Shown: in pieces, positions 56,811-64,000 of the stretch | Numbering within the stretch: the first letter of the stretch is position 1 | Layout: every line of letters begins with the position of its first letter | Assembly (NCBI GenBank): GCA_964347035.1 | Contig: CAYFXE010000001.1 | Coordinates: forward strand, 48,228-112,227 | Direction of reading: 5' to 3' | DNA: 64,000 nt | Source: an uncultured Eubacteriales bacterium | GTDB lineage: Bacteria; Acidobacteriota; Aminicenantia; Aminicenantales; Aminicenantaceae | The notes under the pieces: model-generated | What the model was told of the DNA's origin: nothing | The model's input: only the letters and a program-made list of their open reading frames with translations | Database searches by the model: none | Made by a program: the position numbers and the translations under genes

Positions 56811-57668
56811 ATGATGGATATTAAAAAAATCGGTGTGGTCGGAGCCGGAACAATGGGGACAGGTATTGCCCAAGTGGCGGCTGTCGCGGGATTTGACGTG
56901 GTGCTTAACGATGTGGGAGATGAATTCCTCGAGAAATCGCTAAAAATCATAGACAAGAGTCTGTCCAAGCTCATCGAGAAAGGAAAAATCGAAGCTGATA
57001 AGGAAGAGATCCTCGGCCGGATAAAAACCACGACTGTGCTCGAAGAACTCAGAGATGTTGATTTTGTGGTGGAAGCCGTGTTCGAGGATTTTAACTTGAA
57101 AAAGAATATCCTCCAGGAACTGGATAAAATTCTCGATCCCGGAGTCATCCTCACCACCAATACCTCCTCGATCTCGATCACTCGGCTGGCCGCTGCGACG
57201 AAGCGTGCCTCCAATTTTATGGGTATGCATTTCATGAATCCTGTTCCGTTGATGAAGCTGGTGGAATTGATCAAGGTGGTTGCCACATCTGAAGAAACGT
57301 TCGAGAAGGTCAGAGCCTTAACCGAAGCGATGGAAAAAGTCCCTGTGGAGGCCAATGATTTTCCGGGGTTTATTGCCAACCGCATCCTGCTGCCGATGAT
57401 CAATGAAGCGGTCTACGTTTTGATGGAGGGTGTCGGATCGGCGGAGGATATCGACACAGTCATGAAGTTGGGGATGAACCATCCGATGGGTCCCCTGGCC
57501 TTGGCGGATCTCATCGGGTTGGATGTCTGTCTCCACATCATGGAGGTCCTGTACGAAGGATTCGGAGATTCCAAATACAGACCCTGTCCTCTTCTCAAAA
57601 AGATGGTAGATGCTGGTTATCTCGGCCGAAAATCAGGCCAGGGTTTCTATGATTACAGTTCTCAGTAA
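56811..57668 (+). CDS. 3-hydroxyacyl-CoA (3-hydroxybutyryl-CoA) dehydrogenase
   Basis: Rossmann motif IGVVGAGTMGTGIAQ, 3HCDH N- and C-terminal domains. Start placed at MMDIKKIG after a gggaggagg RBS. Confidence 0.85.
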   Translation: MMDIKKIGVVGAGTMGTGIAQVAAVAGFDVVLNDVGDEFLEKSLKIIDKSLSKLIEKGKIEADKEEILGRIKTTTVLEELRDVDFVVEAVFEDFNLKKNILQELDKILDPGVILTTNTSSISITRLAAATKRASNFMGMHFMNPVPLMKLVELIKVVATSEETFEKVRALTEAMEKVPVEANDFPGFIANRILLPMINEAVYVLMEGVGSAEDIDTVMKLGMNHPMGPLALADLIGLDVCLHIMEVLYEGFGDSKYRPCPLLKKMVDAGYLGRKSGQGFYDYSSQ

Positions 57669-57789
57669 TGGGCTGTATTTCGGGTGAAAAGACATTTTAA
57701 ACCCTGGCAGAGACAAGAGTTTAATCTTAGATTATAGAAACGAGGAAAGATCAACTTTCCGTTAAACCCACCGGAATAAGGAGGGGAAG

Positions 57790-58821
57790 ATGAACAAAGA
57801 AGAGCCAAAACAGGCATCCAGAGAGAGGGCCATCGAGGCTGCTCTTTCTCAGATAGAGAAACAGTTTGGCAAGGGCACGATCATGAAGCTTGGGCAGCGA
57901 GAAGCCGCCATCAAGGTCCCGGCTATCCCTACAGGATCTATCGCTTTTGATTTGAGCCTGGGCATCGGAGGATTTCCCAGGGGCAGAGTGGTTGAGATCT
58001 TTGGCCCGGAAGCCACCGGTAAGACAACTCTCGCGCTTCATGTGATCGCTGAGGCGCAGAAGGTCGGAGGTCAGGCGGCCTTTATCGATGCCGAGCATGC
58101 CATGGACCCGACATACGCCGCTCGGGTCGGTGTTGATGTGGATAATCTTCTGATCTCCCAGCCAGATTACGGTGAACAGGCTCTCGAGATTGCTGAAGTC
58201 CTGGTCCGGAGCGGAGCTGTGGATGTCATCGTGGTCGACTCTGTGGCCGCTCTTGTACCCAAGGCAGAGCTCGAGGGCGAAATGGGGGATGCCCACATGG
58301 GGCTTCAAGCACGGCTGATGTCTCAAGCTTTGAGAAAATTGACTGCTATCGTCAGCCGTTCCAAGACCTGTTTTATCTTCGTCAACCAGATAAGAGAGAA
58401 GATTGGCTTTTTCCTGGGAAGTCCGGAAACGACGACAGGAGGAAGAGCCTTGAAGTTTTATTCCTCTCTGCGCATCGAGATCCGTAGATTGGCCGCCTTA
58501 AAGGAAGGGGATCAAGTCATCGGAAACAGAGTGAAGGTCAAAATCGTCAAGAACAAAATGGCTCCCCCCTTCAAACTGGCTCAGTTCGATATCATCTATG
58601 GTGAGGGAATCTCCAAGGAGGGAGATTTAATCGATTGCGGATTGGATGAGGGAGTCATTGAGAAGACTGGAACCTGGTATTCATACAAAGGAGAGAGGCT
58701 GGGCCAAGGAAGAGAGAATGTGAAGCGGCTGCTCAAGGAGAAGGAGGAGTTGGCTGAGGAGCTCGATCAGATCATTCGCACCAAAGTCGGACTCATCTCT
58801 GAATCCGAACCCCGGAAATAA
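57790..58821 (+). CDS. recA: Recombinase RecA
   Basis: Walker [14 protein letters not shown]1/L2 loops, 343 aa. Confidence 0.95.
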   Translation: MNKEEPKQASRERAIEAALSQIEKQFGKGTIMKLGQREAAIKVPAIPTGSIAFDLSLGIGGFPRGRVVEIFGPEATGKTTLALHVIAEAQKVGGQAAFIDAEHAMDPTYAARVGVDVDNLLISQPDYGEQALEIAEVLVRSGAVDVIVVDSVAALVPKAELEGEMGDAHMGLQARLMSQALRKLTAIVSRSKTCFIFVNQIREKIGFFLGSPETTTGGRALKFYSSLRIEIRRLAALKEGDQVIGNRVKVKIVKNKMAPPFKLAQFDIIYGEGISKEGDLIDCGLDEGVIEKTGTWYSYKGERLGQGRENVKRLLKEKEELAEELDQIIRTKVGLISESEPRK

Positions 58822-59014
58822 ACAACCTGCTCTCTGTATCGAACTTTTCATGGGTGATTTGCTGAATAACTCCCTTTTCCCACCTACCATCCAGTATTTA
58901 TTCGTGAGTTTTGAGAAATGATGAGGGGTTCTGTCTGGTTTTTTACATATTTCCAGCCCCTTTCAGGCCATCAATAATAGACTATGACAAACAAAAGCAT
59001 CAAAAAATAAGGAG

Positions 59015-60706
59015 ATGATGATGAAGAAAAGAATATTTATAGTCAGTTTTGGGCTTTTGATCTTCGTCTGTGTCACGCTCGCTTACGGAGATGTATTGAC
59101 GGATAAAGTCGATAAGCTTTTTTCTAGGTGGGACAAGCCTGATTCTCCAGGTTGCGCTCTTGGAATAATAAAGAATGGTCAACTCATATACAGCCGCGGT
59201 TATGGGATGGCCAATTTGGAACATGGTATTCCGATAACCTCAAAATCCGTTTTCCGGATTGGTTCCACCTCCAAACAATTCACGGCCACGTGTATGGCTC
59301 TCCTGGAAGAGGAGGGGAAACTCTCACTGGAGGATGATATTCGGAAATACATTCCTGAAATGCCGGACTACGGACGTCCGATCACGATTCGACACCTACT
59401 CCTTCACACGAGTGGCATAAGGGATTATCTCACCCTTATGTCTTTGGCCGGCGAGCGGGGGGATGATTTTTATGTCGATGGCGAGGTTTTGGATCTTATA
59501 ACCAGACAGAAAGAATTGAATTTCAAGACGGGCGATGAATACCTTTACAGCAATTCCGGCTATTTTCTCTTGTCTGTGATTGTCAAGAAAGTCACGGGAA
59601 AGTCTATGCAGGTTTATGCCGATGAGAAGATATTTAAACCTCTGAAAATGAGTCATACCCATTTTCACGACGACCATACGCTGGTTGTCAAGAACCGAGC
59701 AGCAGGATACTCGCCTCTAAAAAAGAAAGGATTTAGGATTGATATGACCACCCTGGATATGATCGGCGATGGGGGGATTTTTACCTGTGTCGATGATCTT
59801 TTGCTCTGGAATCGGAATTTTTACGATAATAAACTGGGGAAAGGAACTCAGGAGCTCATCGACATACTCCTCACGCAAGGTGTTCTGAACAACGGCGAAA
59901 AGCTCGATTATGCCCTCGGGCTTGTTGTTAGCGATCACAAAGGCTTAAAAATGGTTAGCCATGGGGGAGCCTTTGTCGGATTCAGGGCGGAGATGATTAG
60001 GTTTCCTGAGCAACGATTCTCAGTGATCGTTCTAGCCAACCTGGGCACGATCAATCCCAGTCGACTGACTAGACAGGTGGCTGATATTTATCTTGCTGAT
60101 CGTTTCAAGGTGAAGGCCGAAAAAGCCCCAATAGAAAAACCCGAGTTCGTGAAGCTCACCAAGTCTGCCCTTAAACAGAAAGAAGGGGCTTACTACAACA
60201 AAAAAAGGGATGCTGTCTGGAGAGTTTCTCTTAAAGAGGGCAAACTCATGGTAAATGCCTCCTACTTTCGATTCCCGATTTTACCGATCAGCCCGACTCG
60301 GTTTCTAGCTGTCGAGGCTCCGGCGGAGATGGAGTTGGAATTTATAAAGACATCGCCAGATGAGCCTATGGATTTGAAAGTTTACATTGAAGGGGAGGAA
60401 CCTAGGTTTTTTGAGGCATTCCAACTGGCATCGCCGACTTCCTCAGAGCTTAAGCAGTATTTAGGTGACTATTACAGCGAAGAACTTCGAGTCACATACC
60501 ATGTGGTTTTGGAGGAGGGACAACTTTTTCTCCACCACCAGAATCCTCATAAAGGTGATCCCAAAACACCTCTATTCCCGACGTTTAAGGACAGGTTTCT
60601 CCAGTATAATAATCATTTTCAGTTCTTCCGGAATGAAAAGGATGAAATCGAAGCCTTCACGATGAATGCTGGACGGGTGAGAAATATCCGGTTCGATAAG
60701 AAATAA
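59015..60706 (+). CDS. Beta-lactamase-fold serine hydrolase (S12/PBP-like) paralog with the same C-terminal extension as 8305..9984
   Basis: GSTSKQF (SxxK), YSNSGY, HGGAFVG. Long collinear similarity to the gene at 8305..9984, including the tail (...GRVRNIRFDKK versus ...GRVKNLRFDKES). Confidence 0.8.
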   Translation: MMMKKRIFIVSFGLLIFVCVTLAYGDVLTDKVDKLFSRWDKPDSPGCALGIIKNGQLIYSRGYGMANLEHGIPITSKSVFRIGSTSKQFTATCMALLEEEGKLSLEDDIRKYIPEMPDYGRPITIRHLLLHTSGIRDYLTLMSLAGERGDDFYVDGEVLDLITRQKELNFKTGDEYLYSNSGYFLLSVIVKKVTGKSMQVYADEKIFKPLKMSHTHFHDDHTLVVKNRAAGYSPLKKKGFRIDMTTLDMIGDGGIFTCVDDLLLWNRNFYDNKLGKGTQELIDILLTQGVLNNGEKLDYALGLVVSDHKGLKMVSHGGAFVGFRAEMIRFPEQRFSVIVLANLGTINPSRLTRQVADIYLADRFKVKAEKAPIEKPEFVKLTKSALKQKEGAYYNKKRDAVWRVSLKEGKLMVNASYFRFPILPISPTRFLAVEAPAEMELEFIKTSPDEPMDLKVYIEGEEPRFFEAFQLASPTSSELKQYLGDYYSEELRVTYHVVLEEGQLFLHHQNPHKGDPKTPLFPTFKDRFLQYNNHFQFFRNEKDEIEAFTMNAGRVRNIRFDKK

Positions 60707-60715
60707 TAGGCGCTC

Positions 60716-61960
60716 TCATTTTGGAATTTTAATATCCGGGAATGATGCTCTGAGAGATTCATAGACCCAGGCGGCGATTTTCTCTTCGAAACCTAGAATA
60801 TCTTTCCGGGCAGGCCTGCTTTTTGTCCATGACTTTAACATGTCATCGGTTTCGAGGAAGACCTTATCCTCAATCTTGTACAGCTTGCTCAGCACGCCCT
60901 CTTCTCCGTAATGGAGGAGTCGGGAGACGTTGAGATACTGAGACATGTGCCCTCGCTGATCGGGATAGAGATAAGAAGCAAGGGCTCTGGAGAAGTCGTT
61001 GAGAGCAGCGGTTTCCTCTCCACCCAGAAGCCCTGGAACATCTTCTGCATCTGCCCATAGGGGGACGGCGACTGAACAGACGGGCTGCCCGAGAATAACC
61101 CACATGGTCGACAGATAGGCCTTTTCCGGATTGGGAGCTCCTTGGAAGAGGACGACGGAGACGCTGGAGTTGCGATTTATCGTATCGTTGGTGTTGATGT
61201 AAAAGGGCGAGGAAGGGTCGCATGTATTCGGGTTAAAAAGGGGATAGGAATGTAGTTTTTCATTGACCAAATCTCTTGCGGCTTCCCGAAGGATGAATTT
61301 GTAATCGAGCCTTCCTTCAGCCGATGCTGTTTCGAAGAGTTCTGAGGCTCTTTCGAACCGGATGTAACCTCCCCCAGCATGCCTACGGGGAGCGGTGAAC
61401 GCATAATTAGTCCGAATGATGTACCCTTGGGGAGCATGACGGGGATCGTTGGCGTCAAACTTGACAAAGGATGAGCTTGTTGTCTCGAAGAGGCAGGCAT
61501 TTCCCTTGGCATCGATGACACCGAAATTGGCCCCGACCCTTCGTTTATCGTTAGTATCACGGAGAAGTCTCTCAAAATCCGGAACATCGGCGCATTTTCC
61601 GAGTGCCTCTTTCATGAACCGGCCGTTGTCGCTCATCCCCTCCAAGAATTCAGCCAGGTCGCCTGAGGCTGAATTCATGATGGCGAAGCCCTCTGAGTTT
61701 ATTCCCGCCCAGGCGTGCTCAATTTTTGTGTCCTCTGCGTTAATAAGGGTGATAAACCCGAATTTCTCGCCTTGAAGGTAGGCCATTTTGTTGGCCACCG
61801 CGCTCGTGTCACGGTTTTTCCAGAGCAAACATCGTCCTTCCGGCGTGGCTTTTCCGGATATCACAGCCACTGTACAGGGATAGAGGGATACAGTCAGCCC
61901 TAAGATAAGGAGGGCAAATGGAATTGCCCGGAATTCAGATACCAGGTGTTTTTTATTCAT
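60716..61960 (-). CDS. C69/C45-like Ntn-hydrolase (second copy), secreted
   Basis: After the signal peptide, PCTVAVISGKATPEGRCLLWKNRD parallels the C69 CTxxxVGKKASxDGSxxxARNxD nucleophile region; 414 aa. Confidence 0.5.
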   Translation of the reverse strand: MNKKHLVSEFRAIPFALLILGLTVSLYPCTVAVISGKATPEGRCLLWKNRDTSAVANKMAYLQGEKFGFITLINAEDTKIEHAWAGINSEGFAIMNSASGDLAEFLEGMSDNGRFMKEALGKCADVPDFERLLRDTNDKRRVGANFGVIDAKGNACLFETTSSSFVKFDANDPRHAPQGYIIRTNYAFTAPRRHAGGGYIRFERASELFETASAEGRLDYKFILREAARDLVNEKLHSYPLFNPNTCDPSSPFYINTNDTINRNSSVSVVLFQGAPNPEKAYLSTMWVILGQPVCSVAVPLWADAEDVPGLLGGEETAALNDFSRALASYLYPDQRGHMSQYLNVSRLLHYGEEGVLSKLYKIEDKVFLETDDMLKSWTKSRPARKDILGFEEKIAAWVYESLRASFPDIKIPK

Positions 61961-61978
61961 TACCTTCCTCCTTGTTAT

Positions 61979-62947
61979 TCACTTCATCCCTTTTTTAACG
62001 TATCGAGCGATATCTTCATGGGTAGAGAACCAGACGTTCTCGTGTTTTTTCATGTATTGGATGAGTTTTTCGAGCATGATGATCCGGCTGCGGTGTCCGA
62101 TGATCTTGGGATGCATGGTCAGGACAAATAGAGTCCCTTCCTCGTACGCTTTATCGAATTCAGCCGCCCAGATAGCATACACATCCATCGGTTTGATATG
62201 AGGGCGGACGCTCGAATAACGCGAAAATCCGAAATAGGGATAATCATCCAAGAGCCATTCCACGGGTAGCTCCACGACACCTGTCGGGTTTCCGTCTTGG
62301 AGGATCTCGTAGGGCCTGTCATCCGCCATCAGACTGCTGTCATACAGCAGGCCCAGTTCTCTTATAAGCTTCAGGGTTGCGCGGCTGAAATCCCAGGAAG
62401 GGGTTCGAATGCCAGAAGGAGCTTTCCCTGTCATTTTTTTAAGGGTTTCGTAGGATTGCCGCATCAACCGGCGCTCTTCTTCTTCGTCGAGGAGGGAGTT
62501 TCGCTCATGAATCCAGCCGTGCATCCCGACCTCATGCCGGCCTTTGGCCACGATGGCCTTAATTTCATCGGGGTGTAGCAGGGCGGAGACGGCAGGGACA
62601 AAAAAGCTGGCGGGAATATTGTACTTGTCCAGTAGGGATAATATTCTGGGGATAGCCACCCGAGCTGCATACTCCCCCTGAGAAAAGAGCCCAGGAGAAA
62701 TATTCTTATCTCTCAAGGCGTTCGTCTCGGCATCAAAGTCGAAGGAGAGGGCCACCGCAACTTTCGCCTCTTCGGGCCAATTCTTTGGCGTCAGGTCTTT
62801 TCCGGCCCGAACCTCACCGACTAACATACGGACTTTCTCCAACGGCCAATCCCAAGGATTTTCTTCCTGTTCAAGGGCTTTTCCGATAGCAAGGATTGAT
62901 CCAGACATAATAACACTCAAGAGACAAATCATGATGATCTTTTTCAT
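61979..62947 (-). CDS. Polysaccharide deacetylase family (CE4, PuuE-like) protein, secreted
   Basis: Signal peptide from MKKIIMICLL (start 62947, aaggagg RBS). CE4-like His/Asp pattern (HGWIHE..., ...MHP...). Confidence 0.6.
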   Translation of the reverse strand: MKKIIMICLLSVIMSGSILAIGKALEQEENPWDWPLEKVRMLVGEVRAGKDLTPKNWPEEAKVAVALSFDFDAETNALRDKNISPGLFSQGEYAARVAIPRILSLLDKYNIPASFFVPAVSALLHPDEIKAIVAKGRHEVGMHGWIHERNSLLDEEEERRLMRQSYETLKKMTGKAPSGIRTPSWDFSRATLKLIRELGLLYDSSLMADDRPYEILQDGNPTGVVELPVEWLLDDYPYFGFSRYSSVRPHIKPMDVYAIWAAEFDKAYEEGTLFVLTMHPKIIGHRSRIIMLEKLIQYMKKHENVWFSTHEDIARYVKKGMK

Positions 62948-63191
62948 CCCAATCCTCCTTTCAAAGGCGACATCTTTGGTTATGGACGAACCTGTAAAAC
63001 AGTCGTCACTTATTTCTGAGACCAAAGAGACAGGGTGGACGCCCATTAGTCATCGCGTTGCTTTGGGAATGAGCTCTTTTCTTTTGATGGTTTTTCGCAT
63101 CGGATTCGTGTTGACTCATGGCTAGGTGTTATCCGAATTCCTTTATCGGGCGAATGCCTTCTTTTAACGGGTAATATTATTGTCGAGACTA

Positions 63192-63920
63192 TTATCGGGG
63201 ATGGCCGACAACACTCAAATACAGGATGCTTTCTTCTTCTCCGTCGACATTCAGGAGAGCGTTGACTTCGTCGTCATACAGGGCGGCAATCTGACAGGAT
63301 CCGAGCCCGAGAGAAACTGCGGTTAACGCAAGATTTTGAGCAATATGACCTGCATCCAGATAGACATACCTGTAAGCTCTTTGTTTGTACTTCCATTTTG
63401 ACCTCTCGAACAGAGCTGTCCAGGCAAAGACCACGTTGGCCTCAGCCGCCATACTCTGGTCGAGGGCAGCTCTGGCAAACGCTTCCCGGAAATCCCCCTG
63501 CTTGAGCTGCTCGAGCTCATGACTCTGGATGGCATAATGGTATACTCCTGGTTCAATGCTTTCGACATTGTTAACGACAAGGTAGGTTTCTACGGGATAG
63601 AGTGCCCCTGCCGAAGGAGCTGCCCGGAGTTCGTAGCCCATGTATTCCTTGGTGATCCCTTGAGTTGCCCAGAGGAGTTGGGAAAGGTGGGCCTTGGCGA
63701 GGGATTCATCCTTAAAATCTCTGACACTCCTCCGCATATTGATAGCTTTCCAAAGAGCCATCCCTCCTTCCATGTCTGGGGCATCCAACTTGATTCGAGG
63801 CGCTGATGGGTAATTCTTGTATGTTTCTGGTTTGGTTTGCCAGAGAAGAGGCCCACTAGGTAGTTTTCCCCGATAATATTTCGTCTCCTTCTGGAAAAGG
63901 TCTCCTGTGTCTTTTTTCAT
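63192..63920 (-). CDS. SagB-type dehydrogenase domain protein (nitroreductase superfamily), standalone
   Basis: 242 aa with nitroreductase-like RRSVRDF, ...PSAGALYP... and a C-terminal GxG region, typical of SagB/ThcOx-type domains. Confidence 0.6.
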   Translation of the reverse strand: MKKDTGDLFQKETKYYRGKLPSGPLLWQTKPETYKNYPSAPRIKLDAPDMEGGMALWKAINMRRSVRDFKDESLAKAHLSQLLWATQGITKEYMGYELRAAPSAGALYPVETYLVVNNVESIEPGVYHYAIQSHELEQLKQGDFREAFARAALDQSMAAEANVVFAWTALFERSKWKYKQRAYRYVYLDAGHIAQNLALTAVSLGLGSCQIAALYDDEVNALLNVDGEEESILYLSVVGHPR

Positions 63921-63932
63921 TTTTTTGTTCCT

Positions 63933-64000
63933 TCACTCATGCTTTTTTTTCTCAAGCTCGGCAAGCCTTTTCGTGGCCTCTTCATACTTTGGGTTTATGG
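63933..64000 (-). CDS. 3' end of an unidentified gene extending beyond the window
   Basis: Minus-strand frame ...INPKYEEATKRLAELEKKKHE* ends 13 bp upstream of the SagB-like gene start. Confidence 0.3.
   Translation of the reverse strand, partial: INPKYEEATKRLAELEKKKHE

Noticed and set aside
1-64000. CRISPR arrays, rRNA, tRNA, integrase/transposase genes, toxin-antitoxin pairs, restriction-modification genes
   Set aside because: I saw no regularly spaced direct repeats with unique spacers. No tRNA-like T-arm signatures turned up in the intergenic regions I inspected by eye. No recombinase-like translations appeared. Absence is based on visual inspection only.

Overview
This 64 kb window is a chromosomal segment from a Gram-negative (diderm) bacterium, roughly 50% GC, probably from a poorly characterised lineage. 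Diderm status follows from the Kdo/LPS genes, TolC, YidC and an ECF sigma envelope-stress module. Housekeeping genes are densely packed: hisS (5' end outside the window) and aspS; an M16 peptidase pair; and a 15.7 kb run of minus-strand genes (rpmH-rnpA-yidD-yidC-jag-mnmE-mnmG-parA-parB-bactofilin-kdsB-pyrG-kdsA-kdsD-kdsC-PMM/PGM-manC). This is the conserved origin-proximal cluster, but dnaA and rsmG are absent and a bactofilin gene plus Kdo biosynthesis genes are fused onto parAB. Further genes are carD/cdnL-like, CorC/CNNM, smpB, pdxA, an Hfq-like Sm protein, a DUF5916-like outer-membrane protein, TolC with a truncated MacA-like adaptor, and an ECF sigma / anti-sigma / Spy-CpxP module. A succinate dehydrogenase (sdhCAB) shares an operon with a Rieske / cytochrome b complex that has no c-type cytochrome gene. 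Two C69-like Ntn hydrolases and two paralogous S12 beta-lactamase-fold hydrolases sit about 50 kb apart. The remainder comprises an NRAMP-like gene with a frameshift, radC, fhs, thiolase, hbd, recA, a CE4 deacetylase and a standalone SagB-type dehydrogenase at the window edge. Non-coding signals: (1) a ~90 bp element with perfect 19 bp terminal inverted repeats, present twice at gene 3' ends (MITE/REP-like); (2) a ~127 bp palindromic array of three direct and three inverted 12-15 bp units around an intrinsic terminator downstream of radC; (3) a motif GGAAGAT-N15/16-GTCTAA upstream of both the ECF sigma gene and the adjacent small secreted-protein gene; (4) near-consensus sigma-70 promoters, one implying a leaderless carD-like mRNA; (5) two probable frameshift sites, one at a T8 homopolymer. 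I found no CRISPR array, rRNA or tRNA, and none of the recognised CDSs looks like a defence-system component; none of these absences is a search result. All calls rest on motif-level reading of the supplied translations, not on database searches.
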